Notes: generated from the letters alone by a model not told the origin. Shown: positions 30,671 through 40,854, counted from the stretch's first letter. The stretch: DNA of 58,096 nucleotides from Actinomycetales bacterium (GCA_045807245.1 JBJMHS010000077.1:1-58096), one strand, 5' to 3'. Translations and numbers: made by a program.

Positions 30671-31882
30671 ATGCGCGTGGACCTGCTCACGAAGGAGTAC
30701 CCACCCAAGGTGTACGGCGGGGCCGGCGTGCACGTCGAGGAGCTGGTGCGAGCCCTGCGAGGCCGCGTAGGCACTGAGGCCCTCGACGTACGGGTGCGGT
30801 GTTTCGGCGAGCCGAGGGACGAGGACGGTACGACGGGGTACGCCGACCCGCCGTCCGGTCTGGAGTCGTCCAACGCGACGCTGCAGACGATCGGCGTGGA
30901 CCTCCCGATGGCCAGTGACTGCGGGGGCGCCGACGTCGTGCACTCCCACACCTGGTACGCCGGGATGGCCGGCCATCTGGCCGGACTGCTGCACGGCGTT
31001 CCGCACGTTGCGACCGCCCACAGCCTGGAACCGTTGCGGCCGTGGAAGGCCGAGCAGCTCGGTGGTGGCTACCGGCTCTCGTCGTGGATCGAACGTATGG
31101 CGTTCCTGAACGCCGCTGGTGTCATCGCGGTGAGCGACGGCATGCGCCGCGACATCCTGCGCTGCTACCCGGACATCGACCCCGAGCGGGTCTTCATGGT
31201 GCACAACGGGATCGACACCCAGCGCTGGTCACACGTCTCGGAGCCGGAGCTCGTGCGCCGTCACGGTGTTGACCCGGACCAGCCGTCCGTCGTGTTCGTG
31301 GGTCGCATCACCCGGCAGAAGGGCTTGCCCTACTTCCTGCGGGCCGCGGCCGAGCTGCCACCGGACGTGCAGCTCGTCCTGTGCGCCGGTGCCCCCGACA
31401 CGAAGGAGATCGCGGCCGAGGTCGCCGGGCTGGTGGCCGACCTGCGGGCCACCCGGCGTGGAGTGGTGTGGATCGACGAGATGCTGCCGCAGCCCGAGGT
31501 GGCGGCGCTCCTGTCCGCGGGCACCGTGTTCGCCTGCCCCTCGGTCTACGAGCCGCTCGGCATCGTCAACCTCGAGGCCATGGCCTGCGAGCTGGCGGTC
31601 GTCGCCACCGCGACCGGTGGCATCCCCGAGGTGGTCGCCGACGGGCAGACCGGCTGGCTGGTCCCGATCGAGCAGGTGCAGGACGGGACCGGCACGCCGG
31701 TCGACCCGGACCGGTTCGTGGCCGACATGGCCGCGACGCTGGTCGAGGCGGTGAGCGATCCCGGCCGGGCCGCCGAACGAGGCCGCGCCGGACGGCGGCG
31801 CGCCCAGGAGGAGTTCAGCTGGGGGAGCATCGCGAGCCGGACGGTCCAGGTCTACGACTCGGTCCTGAAGCGGGCCGGCTAG
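30671..31882 (+). CDS. glgA: GlgA/GlgM-type glucosyltransferase (glycogen or maltose-1-phosphate synthase)
   Basis: EYPPKVYGGAGVHV, HSHTWYA, GRITRQKG, YEPLGIVNLEAMAC; divergent from glgC. Confidence 0.92.
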   Translation: MRVDLLTKEYPPKVYGGAGVHVEELVRALRGRVGTEALDVRVRCFGEPRDEDGTTGYADPPSGLESSNATLQTIGVDLPMASDCGGADVVHSHTWYAGMAGHLAGLLHGVPHVATAHSLEPLRPWKAEQLGGGYRLSSWIERMAFLNAAGVIAVSDGMRRDILRCYPDIDPERVFMVHNGIDTQRWSHVSEPELVRRHGVDPDQPSVVFVGRITRQKGLPYFLRAAAELPPDVQLVLCAGAPDTKEIAAEVAGLVADLRATRRGVVWIDEMLPQPEVAALLSAGTVFACPSVYEPLGIVNLEAMACELAVVATATGGIPEVVADGQTGWLVPIEQVQDGTGTPVDPDRFVADMAATLVEAVSDPGRAAERGRAGRRRAQEEFSWGSIASRTVQVYDSVLKRAG

Positions 31883-31925
31883 CTGTGCTCGGCCAGGACG
31901 CTGGTGACGGCGCGCCGGCCGCCCG

Positions 31926-32735
31926 CTAGCGGACCGGTTCCAGCGCGGCGTTGACGGCGGCGACGACGGCGTGCCGTGACACGACGTCCAACCGGCGCAG
32001 GGCGTGGCGCCGCTGCTCGCTCTCCCAGGTGTTGATCGCCCCGCCGTCGTCCTGCCCCGCGATCTCGACGACGGTCCGCACCCGCCAGGCCAGGTCGAGC
32101 ACCGAGGCCGCGCGAGACGGGGTCCCCGGTGGCATGTCCGCGGACACGGACCGCTGGCGCACGTCGTCGAGCGCGACGACCGGGTCTCGGGCCCAGGCGG
32201 CGACCTGGAGGTGTTCGAGCGTCGAGCTCGCCTCCTGCAACGTCGTGAGCAGGGCGCGGCGCGACTCGCTCAGGTCGGAGAGGCCGCCGCCCGGCGCGGC
32301 CCGGTGCGTGGGCAGGCCGACCCACATCACCGAGACCGCCGCGTCCATCGTCTCGTCGACTGGGTGCGCCTCGTCCACCTCGCGGCCGTGCCGCACGATC
32401 AGGGGGACCAGCCCGCAGGCGAGACCGTCGTCCGCCACGACACACTCGCCGACGTCCAGGGCCGCGGTGTTGAAATGCGGCGGCCCGGGCAGGCCGGCGA
32501 GGTCGCCCTCGACCGGCAGCACCATGCGCAGCCGGGTCACCTGGGCCCGCCGCAGCGCGGCGAACACGCCGACCAGCCCGTCGAGCGGGGCCTCCACAGG
32601 CAGGTTCGAGAGGTCCACGGAGTGCGGCAGGTCCGTGCCCTGGATCGCCGTGACGGCGTCGTCGATGGACGCCGTACCCGCGAGCACAGCCGTGCCCCAC
32701 GCGGCGAGCGCGGCGCACCGGGGCAGGTCACGCAT
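31926..32735 (-). CDS. Hypothetical protein
   Basis: GC3-rich ORF (LPVEGDLAGLPGP); TAGAGT 6 nt before ATG. Confidence 0.75.
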   Translation of the reverse strand: MRDLPRCAALAAWGTAVLAGTASIDDAVTAIQGTDLPHSVDLSNLPVEAPLDGLVGVFAALRRAQVTRLRMVLPVEGDLAGLPGPPHFNTAALDVGECVVADDGLACGLVPLIVRHGREVDEAHPVDETMDAAVSVMWVGLPTHRAAPGGGLSDLSESRRALLTTLQEASSTLEHLQVAAWARDPVVALDDVRQRSVSADMPPGTPSRAASVLDLAWRVRTVVEIAGQDDGGAINTWESEQRRHALRRLDVVSRHAVVAAVNAALEPVR

Positions 32736-32823
32736 CCGCTCACTCTACGAGCGCTCTCCGACCGCCGCCGTCGGACCGACCGCGGGTCGTGGGCCACCTG
32801 GGGCAACTAAGGTTCGTAGTCCT

Positions 32824-33609
32824 ATGAGTGACGTCCTGGAGCTGGCCTCGGTCAGCGTCGTCCGCGGCGGCACCACGCTGCTCGACGACATCACCTGGGA
32901 CGTCGCGGAGGGCGAGCGCTGGGTCGTTCTGGGCCCCAACGGCGCCGGCAAGACGACGCTGCTCCAGCTGGCGTCGGGGCGGATGCACCCCACGAGCGGT
33001 GTTGTGGGCATCCTGGGCGAGATCCTCGGCACCGTCGACGTGTTCGAGCTGCGGCCCCGCATCGGGCTGGCCAGCGCCGCGCTGGCCGAGCGCCTCCCTC
33101 CGGCCGAGCGGGTGCACGACATCGTGGTCACCGCGTCGTACGGCGTCGTCGGCCGTTGGCGCGAGCGGTACGACGACCTGGACCACGAGCGGGCCACCCG
33201 CCTGCTCGACGCCATGGGCATGGGCGGCTTCACCGACCGCACCTACGGGACGTTGAGCGAGGGAGAGCGCAAGCGGGTGCAGATTGCCCGTGCCCTGATG
33301 ACCGACCCCGAGCTGATGCTGCTCGACGAGCCGGCCGCGGGCCTGGACCTCGCCGGGCGAGAGGACCTGGTGCGGCGGCTGGCCGAGCTCGCGTCCGACC
33401 CGAGCGCGCCGTCGCTCGTGCTGGTGACCCACCACGTCGAGGAGATCCCGCCGAGCTTCACGCACGTGCTGCTGCTGCGCGGCGGCCACGTCGTCGCGAG
33501 CGGCCCCATCGCCAGCACCCTCACCCGGGACACGCTCGGTGAGACGTTCGGCCTTCCCCTGGTCCTGGAGCATGTGGACGACCGCTGGACCGCCCGGGCG
33601 GGGGCATAG
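32824..33609 (+). CDS. Stand-alone ABC transporter ATP-binding protein
   Basis: GPNGAGKTT, LSEGERKR, DEPAAGLD, VTHHVEEIP. Confidence 0.9.
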   Translation: MSDVLELASVSVVRGGTTLLDDITWDVAEGERWVVLGPNGAGKTTLLQLASGRMHPTSGVVGILGEILGTVDVFELRPRIGLASAALAERLPPAERVHDIVVTASYGVVGRWRERYDDLDHERATRLLDAMGMGGFTDRTYGTLSEGERKRVQIARALMTDPELMLLDEPAAGLDLAGREDLVRRLAELASDPSAPSLVLVTHHVEEIPPSFTHVLLLRGGHVVASGPIASTLTRDTLGETFGLPLVLEHVDDRWTARAGA

Positions 33610-33648
33610 CATCCGGCACAGAACGTCCCGCGGAGGGGAGCGCTGCTG

Positions 33649-34101
33649 ATGGGATGGCTGATCTGGGTCGGCGTGGCGCTGGTCCTCGCGGCGGCCGAGA
33701 TGGCCTCGCTCGCGTTCGTGTGCATCATGCTCGCCGGCGGCGCCGTGGTGGCGGCGATCGCCGCCGCCGTCGGGCTGCCGCTCTTCGCGCAGGTGCTGGT
33801 GTTCGCGATCGTGTCCCTGCTGCTGCTCGTGGTGGTCCGCAAGGCGGCGCTGGTCCGGTTCCTGCCGACGCGTGCGGCGAGGGTCGGAGTCGCCGGTGAC
33901 ATCGGACGCATCGGCGTGGTGGTCGAGACGGTGACCGAGTTCGGCGGCCGGGTCAAGCTGCCCGGCGACGCGGTGTGGTCGGCCCGGCTGGCCGGACCGC
34001 AGCATCAACCATCGCCGCCCGGCGAGACCGTGCAAGTCGTCCGCATCGAAGGGGCGACGGCGATCGTCGTCCCCCGCCCCCGACAGGAGCCCACCCCGTG
34101 A
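33649..34101 (+). CDS. NfeD family protein
   Basis: Hydrophobic N-terminus plus OB-like GRVKL..WSAR..V..IEGATAIV; upstream of SPFH gene. Confidence 0.88.
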   Translation: MGWLIWVGVALVLAAAEMASLAFVCIMLAGGAVVAAIAAAVGLPLFAQVLVFAIVSLLLLVVVRKAALVRFLPTRAARVGVAGDIGRIGVVVETVTEFGGRVKLPGDAVWSARLAGPQHQPSPPGETVQVVRIEGATAIVVPRPRQEPTP

Positions 34102-35414
34102 GTCCTTCGTCCGCCGTCGCCCTGGTCGTCCTGGCGATCCTGGTGCTGTTCGTCATCGTGGCCCTGGCCCGGACGATCCGGATCGTGCCGCAGCAGACGG
34201 CGATCATCGTGGAGCGGTTGGGCAGCTACGACCGCACGCTCGAGGCCGGGCTGCACCTGCTCATCCCGTTCGTCGACCGCCCGCGCGCGGTCGTCGACCA
34301 GCGCGAGCAGGTCGTGAACTTCCCCCCGCAGCCGGTGATCACGTCGGACAACCTGGTCGTCAGCATCGACACCGTCATCTACTTCCAGGTCACCGAGCCC
34401 AAGGACGCGGTCTACGAGATCGCGAACTACATCCAGGGCATCGAGCAGCTCACCGTGACCACGTTGCGCAACGTCATCGGCTCGCTGGACCTCGAGCAGA
34501 CGCTGACCAGCCGCGACCAGATCAACGGCCAGCTGCGCGGCGTCCTGGACGAGGAGACCGGACGCTGGGGCATCCGGGTCAAGCGGGTCGAGCTCAAGGC
34601 CATCGACCCGCCGGCCAGCGTGCAGGACTCGATGGAGAAGCAGATGCGGGCCGAGCGCGACCGGCGCGCGACGATCCTCACCGCGGAGGGCATCAAGCAG
34701 TCCCAGATCCTGACCGCCGAGGGCGAGAAGCAGGCGCGCATCCTGCGCGCGGAGGGTGCGGCCCAGGCTGCCATCCTCGAGGCGCAGGGCCAGTCCCGGG
34801 CCATCCTGCAGGTGTTCGAGGCCATCCACCGGGGCGACGCGGACCAGAAGCTGCTCGCCTACCAGTACCTCCAGGTGTTGCCGCAGATCGCGCAGGGCGA
34901 CTCCAACAAGCTGTGGATCGTGCCCAGCGAGCTGGGCGAGGCCCTCAAGGGCATCGGGGGGATGCTCGGGCGCGGCATGCGCGACGGCAGGGACGGGGGC
35001 GACGCGGGTGGCGACGGCGCCGGTGGGAACGGCGGCGGGTCGCCGTACCGGCCGACGGGCGGCAGTGACCTGGACACCCCGTTGCTGGAGGAGCCGCAGC
35101 TTCAGGACCCGGCGGAGGCGCTGCGCCAGGCCAAGGCGACCGCCGCGTCGGCGTCGGCCGAGGCCGCGCGCACCGACCTGACCGGCGGCCGGGGGCTGGG
35201 CGGGGTTAGCAGCGCAGGCAGCGCAGGCGCAGGCAGCGCAGGCAGCGCTGGTGCCGTGCCGTCGCCCGCCGTACCGCCGGTGCCGGGTGCTCCGGTGACG
35301 GATCCGGCGGCACCACCGCCCGCTCCCGAGGACCCGTACGCCGACCCGTCCAGCGCCGTACCGCCGCCGCCACCCGTGCCACCGGTCCCTCCCGTGCCTC
35401 CGCCGGCTCAGTAG
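34098..35414 (+). CDS. SPFH/stomatin-like domain protein with Gly/Pro-rich tail
   Basis: IVERLG, PQPVITSDN, SMEKQMRAERDRRA. Confidence 0.92.
   Translation: MSPSSAVALVVLAILVLFVIVALARTIRIVPQQTAIIVERLGSYDRTLEAGLHLLIPFVDRPRAVVDQREQVVNFPPQPVITSDNLVVSIDTVIYFQVTEPKDAVYEIANYIQGIEQLTVTTLRNVIGSLDLEQTLTSRDQINGQLRGVLDEETGRWGIRVKRVELKAIDPPASVQDSMEKQMRAERDRRATILTAEGIKQSQILTAEGEKQARILRAEGAAQAAILEAQGQSRAILQVFEAIHRGDADQKLLAYQYLQVLPQIAQGDSNKLWIVPSELGEALKGIGGMLGRGMRDGRDGGDAGGDGAGGNGGGSPYRPTGGSDLDTPLLEEPQLQDPAEALRQAKATAASASAEAARTDLTGGRGLGGVSSAGSAGAGSAGSAGAVPSPAVPPVPGAPVTDPAAPPPAPEDPYADPSSAVPPPPPVPPVPPVPPPAQ
35211..35252 (+). repeat. In-frame 9-bp tandem repeat (AGCGCAGGC; Ser-Ala-Gly)
   Basis: Three exact copies, one 6-nt partial copy and one degenerate copy. 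Confidence 0.8.
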
Positions 35415-35421
35415 CGGACGT

Positions 35422-36474
35422 TCAGTAGGTGGCAGCGATCTTCTGCCGGACGGCGAGCACGAGGTCGACGTACCACTGCGCATTGTTGTAGTGCAGCAAT
35501 GCTCGCTGTACGCCGGCGGGTGACCCCGCGCCGTAGGAGCAGAGGAAGTGGGCAGCCGTGTAGATGGCGTCGGCCGGGTCCCAGGGGTCGCGCCGCCCGT
35601 CGTGGTTCCCGTCGACGGCGAAGGCGTCGAAGGTGCGCGGGCGGAACTGCATCGGCCCTACTGCGCCGGCCGAGCTCGGTCCGTTGTTGCGCCCGTGCCC
35701 GCTCTCGACCTGGCCCACGGCGGCCAGGAGCGTCCACGGCAGGCCGGGACAGGTGCGCGCGGCGCCCTGGTAGTACGAGAGGTACGCACCCGGGATCGGC
35801 ACCACTCCCGCATGGGCGGCCGCGTTGCCCGCGGTGCTGGCGGCCGAGGCGGCGGCCCGGGCGAGGTCGCGGGCGGCGAGCTTGCGGGCCCGGGCGTCGA
35901 GGTGGGCCAGCTCGGCCCGCCCCTCGCGGACCAGCCGGTCCACGTCGTTGGCCCGATCGGTCACGTCGTCGGCAAAGGACAGTGCGGTCGAGATCCGCCG
36001 GTCGGTGGCCGCCTGCCGGACCCGCACGAGGGTTGCTGCCGCCTGCGCCTGCTCGACGCCGGCGTCCGTGCCCTCGACCAGCCGCTGGGCCGTGGCCACG
36101 CGCAGGGCCAGGTCCTGCGGCGTGCGCGCGGCGAGCAGGGACGCGAACACGCCCAGCCGGCCACCGTCCATGTAGAGCGCGCGCAGCCGTTCGGTGCGGG
36201 CGTCCTGCGCCGCTCGGAGCGCGGCGGCGCTCGCCCGGGCCGCGTCGTCGGCCTGGACACCCGCGGACACCTGGTCCTGCAGGCTGCCGAGGGCCAACTC
36301 GTAGCGAGCCAGAGCGGTGCGCAGCTGAGCCTGTAGGCGGTGCAGCCGGGCCTGGCTGTGCTGCGCGTCCGCCTGCGCCCGGGCGGCGCCGTCCGCGTAG
36401 GCCGGCCCGAGCGGCAGCACCGCGAGCGCGCTCACCAGCGTGAGCACGCCGAAGCGGCGCAGAACGGACGGCAC
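35422..36474 (-). CDS. Secreted coiled-coil + lytic transglycosylase (SLT) domain protein
   Basis: Signal peptide ending AYA, Ala/Gln-rich coil, AAVGQVESGHG..SSAGAVGPMQF..YNNAQWYV; start inferred. Confidence 0.82.
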   Translation of the reverse strand: MPSVLRRFGVLTLVSALAVLPLGPAYADGAARAQADAQHSQARLHRLQAQLRTALARYELALGSLQDQVSAGVQADDAARASAAALRAAQDARTERLRALYMDGGRLGVFASLLAARTPQDLALRVATAQRLVEGTDAGVEQAQAAATLVRVRQAATDRRISTALSFADDVTDRANDVDRLVREGRAELAHLDARARKLAARDLARAAASAASTAGNAAAHAGVVPIPGAYLSYYQGAARTCPGLPWTLLAAVGQVESGHGRNNGPSSAGAVGPMQFRPRTFDAFAVDGNHDGRRDPWDPADAIYTAAHFLCSYGAGSPAGVQRALLHYNNAQWYVDLVLAVRQKIAATY

Positions 36475-36531
36475 GGTTGAGGTGTCGACATCCGGCGGGC
36501 CGCCCTTGACCTGCGTAGGTAGTCTGCGCCG

Positions 36532-37311
36532 GTGTCCGCCTGGCAGGTCGTCGCCGTCCTCCTGGCCGGGACGGCCGCGGGCATGATCAACACCATCGTC
36601 GGCTCGGGCTCGCTCATCACGTTCCCGACCCTGTTGGCGTTCGGCTACCCCGCCGTCGGGGCCAACATCTCGAACAACATCGGCATGGTCTTCGGGGGGA
36701 TCAGCGGCACGCTCGGCTACCGGGCCGAGCTGGAGGGTCAGGCCCGGTGGATCCGCTTGCTCGCGCCGGCCTCCTTCGTCGGGTCGGTCACCGGGGCGTT
36801 GCTGCTGCTGCGGCTGCCCGCCGGAGCCTTCCGGGCCATCGTGCCCGTGCTGATCGTCATCGCTCTCGTGCTGGTCCTGGCCCAGCCGCGGATGCAGCCC
36901 GCACTGGCCCGCCGCCGCGCGGTCCGGCTGGAGGAGACCGGCCGCACGCATCCGGGCCAACACGCAGCGACCGTGGGTGCGGTCTTCGGCGCCGGGGTGT
37001 ACGGCGGGTACTTCGGCGCCGCGCAGGGGGTCCTGCTCGTGGGCATCCTGGGCTCGCTGCTGCCCGAGTCGCTGCAGCGGGTGAACGCACTGAAGAACGT
37101 GCTCGCGCTGATCGCGAACGCGGTCGCCGCCCTGGTGTTCATGACGGTGGCCTGGGACCGCATCTACTGGCGCGCCGTCCTGTTGCTGGCGGTCGGCGCC
37201 CTCGTCGGTGGTGTCCTCGGCTCGAGCGTCGGCCGGCGCCTGCCGCCGGCCGTGCTGCGTGGGGTCATCGTCGTGGTCGGCCTCGCCGCCATCGCGAAGC
37301 TGCTGGCCTGA
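36532..37311 (+). CDS. TauE/SafE (TSUP) family exporter
   Basis: AGMINTIVGSGSLITFP, GVYGGYFGAAQG. Confidence 0.88.
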   Translation: MSAWQVVAVLLAGTAAGMINTIVGSGSLITFPTLLAFGYPAVGANISNNIGMVFGGISGTLGYRAELEGQARWIRLLAPASFVGSVTGALLLLRLPAGAFRAIVPVLIVIALVLVLAQPRMQPALARRRAVRLEETGRTHPGQHAATVGAVFGAGVYGGYFGAAQGVLLVGILGSLLPESLQRVNALKNVLALIANAVAALVFMTVAWDRIYWRAVLLLAVGALVGGVLGSSVGRRLPPAVLRGVIVVVGLAAIAKLLA

Positions 37312-37313
37312 CC

Positions 37314-38120
37314 GTGGTCGAGCGGATCACCGATCCCGCCGACCCGAGGGTGCGGGAGTACGTCGGCCTGACCGACCTAGCGTTGCGGACCCGCAGCGAA
37401 CCGGAGCAGGGCATCTACCTGGCCGAGAGCGACAAGGTGATCCGGCGTGCCCTCGCGGCCGGCCACGAGCCCATCTCGTACCTCATGGCACCGCGCTGGC
37501 TCACCGACCTCGCCGACCTGGTCCAGACGGCCGAGGAGCGCGGCGTGCCCGTGTACGTCGGTGCCCCCGAGGTGCTGGAGTCGCTCACCGGGTTCCACCT
37601 GCACCGCGGCGCGATCGCGGCGATGCGCCGCCCGGCTCTGCCCGCGGTCTCCGACGTGGTCGGCTCGGCTCGCCGGCTCGCGGTCCTCGAGGACATCGTC
37701 GACCACACCAACGTCGGGGCGGTGTTCCGGTCCGCTGCGGCGCTCGGAGTCGGCGCCGTCCTGGTCTCGCCGCGGTGCGCCGACCCGTTGTACCGGCGCA
37801 GCGTGCGCGTCTCCATGGGTGCGGTGTTTCAGGTGCCTTGGACGCGGCTGTCGCCCTGGCCCGACGGCCTGAAGTCGTTGCAGGAGAAGGGCTTTGTGGT
37901 CGCCGCGTTGACGCTCGCGATGGACGCGATGCCCTTGGAGGCACTCGCGGCGCATCCGCCGGACCGGTTGGCCGTCGTCGTAGGGACTGAGGGGGACGGG
38001 CTGTCGCCGGCCGCCGCCGCGGCGGCCGACCTCCGCGTGCGCATCCCGATGGCCGGCGGCGTCGACTCCCTCAACGTCGGCGCGGCGTCGGCTGTGGCGT
38101 TCTACGCCCTCCGGACGTGA
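37314..38120 (+). CDS. TrmH/SpoU family RNA methyltransferase
   Basis: DHTNVGAVFRSAAALG, GTEGDGLS, IPMAGGVDSLNV. Confidence 0.92.
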   Translation: MVERITDPADPRVREYVGLTDLALRTRSEPEQGIYLAESDKVIRRALAAGHEPISYLMAPRWLTDLADLVQTAEERGVPVYVGAPEVLESLTGFHLHRGAIAAMRRPALPAVSDVVGSARRLAVLEDIVDHTNVGAVFRSAAALGVGAVLVSPRCADPLYRRSVRVSMGAVFQVPWTRLSPWPDGLKSLQEKGFVVAALTLAMDAMPLEALAAHPPDRLAVVVGTEGDGLSPAAAAAADLRVRIPMAGGVDSLNVGAASAVAFYALRT

Positions 38121-38137
38121 CCGGGGGCGGTCGGACG

Positions 38138-38680
38138 TCAGACCAGCTGGCCGAGACCTTCCACGACCTGGGCGTTGGGGAGGTCGGCGAGGGCCGCACC
38201 GGGCAGAGCCAGCTTGCTGCGCCGTACGCCGGAGCCGATCACGACGTAGGGGGAGGCGGCCGCAGCGGCGTCGACGTACAGCGACCACGTGTCGGGCAGG
38301 CCGAGCGGAGTGATGCCGCCGTACTCCATGCCGGTCCACTCGACCGCGAGGTCCATCGCCAGGAAGGACGCCTTGCGGACGTCCAGCAGGCGCCGGACCA
38401 AGCCGTTGACGTCGGCCCGCGTGGTGGCCAGCACGACGCAGCCAGCGATGCGCTCGTGACCTCCCCGGCGACCGGCCACGACGACGCAGTTCGCGGACAT
38501 GTTCAGCGGCAGCTCCGCCGCCTGCGTCAGGGCGGCCGTGTCCGCGAGCGAGGGGTCGATCTCGGCGACCGAGACGTCGCCGGCGCGGGGCCAGGAGGCC
38601 AGGGCCTTCGCGACCGGCTCGGCCAGCAGGTCCGGCCGGTCCGCCGCAGGAACGAGGGTGAGGTTGCCGGCCGCGTTCAC
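38138..38680 (-). CDS. YbaK/EbsC family aminoacyl-tRNA editing protein
   Basis: SANCVVVAG, TGMEYGGITPLGLP, IGSGVRRSK. Confidence 0.88.
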   Translation of the reverse strand: MNAAGNLTLVPAADRPDLLAEPVAKALASWPRAGDVSVAEIDPSLADTAALTQAAELPLNMSANCVVVAGRRGGHERIAGCVVLATTRADVNGLVRRLLDVRKASFLAMDLAVEWTGMEYGGITPLGLPDTWSLYVDAAAAASPYVVIGSGVRRSKLALPGAALADLPNAQVVEGLGQLV

Positions 38681-38687
38681 CCCGGGG

Positions 38688-39236
38688 TCACCAGGAGTAC
38701 GTCGCGGTGACCACGCCGCGGGCCAGCGTGTGCATGCCGATGTTGAAGGCGGCCACGGTCGCTGTGACCGATCCGTCGATGCCGAGGTCGTCCGTGTCGA
38801 GGGCATGGACGGCGAACAGATACCGGTGGGGCATGTCACCCTGCGGCGGAGCGGCTCCGCAGTATGCCGCGGTACCGAAGTCGGTGGGCACCTGGAACGC
38901 GCCGGCTGGCAGGTTCGCGCCGCCCTCGGCCCCCGCGTCGGCCGGAAGGCTGGACGTACTGGCCGGTAGGCCGACGAGGACCCAGTGCCAGAAACCGGCA
39001 GGAGTCGGCGCGTCCGGGTCGAAGCAGGTGACCGCGAAGCCCTTGGTCTCCTCGGGGAAGCCACTCCAGGCCAGGGCGGGGGAGCGGTTCCCACCGCTGA
39101 ACCCCCAGCCGTTGAACACCTGAGCCTCCGGCAGGGCTCCTCCGTCCTCGAGGTCGGAGCTCTTGACCTCGAAGCTACCGACTGCCGGCAGCAGAGAGTA
39201 AGGGTCCGGGTGCACCGGGCGCTCGAGGCTCGGCAT
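38688..39236 (-). CDS. YbhB/YbcL (PEBP/RKIP-like) protein
   Basis: [33 protein letters not shown]. Confidence 0.92.
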   Translation of the reverse strand: MPSLERPVHPDPYSLLPAVGSFEVKSSDLEDGGALPEAQVFNGWGFSGGNRSPALAWSGFPEETKGFAVTCFDPDAPTPAGFWHWVLVGLPASTSSLPADAGAEGGANLPAGAFQVPTDFGTAAYCGAAPPQGDMPHRYLFAVHALDTDDLGIDGSVTATVAAFNIGMHTLARGVVTATYSW

Positions 39237-39277
39237 GGCTCAACCTCCCGCAGACGACGGCAACGTGTCGGAACAGA

Positions 39278-39314
39278 CGCTACCGGGGAGGCCTCGACGG
39301 CCTCCCCGGTAGCG
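39278..39314. terminator. Perfect 16-bp stem-loop, probable intrinsic terminator of the small minus-strand gene
   Basis: CGCTACCGGGGAGGCC-TCGAC-GGCCTCCCCGGTAGCG, 21 nt beyond the stop at 39336; no U-tract. Confidence 0.7.
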
Positions 39315-39335
39315 ACCCCGGCCCCTTCGGGACTC

Positions 39336-39491
39336 CTAGTAGTAGTGCGCCCGGCCGCCAATGGCGTGGCCTGTCGCACCGACCAACATCAGAATCAGGC
39401 CGATGGCAAGCAGGATGACACCGATCCAGGTGAGGATCCCGATGCCGAAGACAAGCCCGAGGATCAGGAGGATGGCTCCCAAGATGACCAC
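39336..39491 (-). CDS. 51-aa hydrophobic membrane protein (DUF6131-like), absent from ORF track
   Basis: MVILGAILLILGLVFGIGILTWIGVILLAIGLILMLVGATGHAIGGRAHYY; AAGGGAG RBS before GTG; downstream hairpin. Confidence 0.85.
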   Translation of the reverse strand: MVILGAILLILGLVFGIGILTWIGVILLAIGLILMLVGATGHAIGGRAHYY

Positions 39492-39561
39492 GGGGACTCC
39501 CTTCACTAGAACTGTTACGACTCAACGGTTGCAGGGGAAGGGCCGTCCCGCGAGTTGAAAT

Positions 39562-40773
39562 TCAGCCGCCCTCCGGTTTGAGCAGGTCGGAGAGGGCCGC
39601 TTGAGGGGCATACGCCCACTCGGGCAGGTGACGGTCTGCGTACACCAGCTCACGCAGCTCCTGCTCGACCTCGAAGGCCGGCAGCAGCCGCTCGTCCAGG
39701 AGCGAGCTCATGGCGTGGTCCTGCAGCGCGCCGCGGTAGGCAGCGAGGAAGTCCTCCCGCGCCACGGCCATCCACTCGGCCACGACGTCCGGGTCGGCGC
39801 CGGGATGGCGGCGTAGCACCACGTGCCCGACATGGTCCAGGCTGCGGGCCAGCTGGGCGACGTCGCGGGCCGCCGGCTGCACGACGCCATGCGACGGGGC
39901 GATCGGGTTGCCGTCGAAGTCGATGACCGACAGCTGCTCGCCGGCTCGCAGCACCTGCCCGACGTGCAGGTCGCCGTGGATGTGCTGGACCGGGGTGCGG
40001 GCGATGGCGGCATCGTCTCCGAGGCAGGCATCGAAGCACGCGGCGATCGCGGTCGCCCGCTGGCTCACGACTCGGACCGACTCCTCGTCGCTGACCTGCA
40101 GTGCGGCTTCGAGCATGGCGTACGCCCCGTCGTACCAGCGTTGCGCGCGGCCGGGCCCGGCCAGCTGGACCGGGTGCGGGAACACGTGGTTCGGTGTCGT
40201 CAGGGCTACGTGCAGCTCGGCCGTCAGCCGGCCGAGACGGGCCGGGAAGTCCGCGCTCCACGGGTCGCTCCGGTCCCCGGCGGCCAGGGCTCGCACCAGC
40301 TGCACACACCACGTCCAGCCGTCCACCGCTCCCGCGAGGTGCTCGCTGACGTAGGCGACGGGGAGGGCCCGCCCGGTGGGGCTGGTCCAGGTCAGGACCG
40401 CGTACGCCGCCGGCATCTGGTCGAATCTCACGGCGCTCAGCTGCGCCAGCGCCGCCAGGGACGGTTGCGGCTCGTCCTGGACGGCGTGCATCCATTTCAC
40501 GACGACACGCTGGCCGACGACGACGGAGGTGTTCGTCTGGTCGACGCCGATCGGCTCCTCGCCGGAGACGTCGGGGACGGCGGCGAGCCGCAGCACCTGC
40601 CAGCGGTCGTCCAGGTCGCCGGCCATCCTCACGACGGAGATCAGCGCCTCCGCCGCTCCGCCCCCGGGTGCGCAGGGCGAACCGTCCGCGTGGCCCGGCG
40701 AGATGGTCCAGCCGTCGGGCCCGTCGCTCAGGACCACCTGGTGCGCATCACCCAGGGCGAGCCGGTCCGTCAC
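39562..40773 (-). CDS. APH-fold sugar kinase (maltokinase/glucosamine kinase-like)
   Basis: GVDQTNTSVVVG, VVKW, HGDLHVGQVL, IDFDGNP; GGAGG RBS. Confidence 0.78.
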   Translation of the reverse strand: MTDRLALGDAHQVVLSDGPDGWTISPGHADGSPCAPGGGAAEALISVVRMAGDLDDRWQVLRLAAVPDVSGEEPIGVDQTNTSVVVGQRVVVKWMHAVQDEPQPSLAALAQLSAVRFDQMPAAYAVLTWTSPTGRALPVAYVSEHLAGAVDGWTWCVQLVRALAAGDRSDPWSADFPARLGRLTAELHVALTTPNHVFPHPVQLAGPGRAQRWYDGAYAMLEAALQVSDEESVRVVSQRATAIAACFDACLGDDAAIARTPVQHIHGDLHVGQVLRAGEQLSVIDFDGNPIAPSHGVVQPAARDVAQLARSLDHVGHVVLRRHPGADPDVVAEWMAVAREDFLAAYRGALQDHAMSSLLDERLLPAFEVEQELRELVYADRHLPEWAYAPQAALSDLLKPEGG

Positions 40774-40854
40774 CTCGCGACCTCCCTGTGTTGACTGTCT
40801 CGCGGGTCAGGCAATTGAATCCGGGAGTCTGCGACCCGACACGAAAGGAACGTT

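Noticed and set aside
39562..40773. Maltokinase (Pep2/Mak) of the GlgE glucan pathway linked to glgA/glgC
   Set aside because: No treS, glgE or glgB adjacent, about 8 kb from glgA, and motifs (DQTN, DFDG) differ from the EQSN/DFEGEP I recall for maltokinases; not fully excluded
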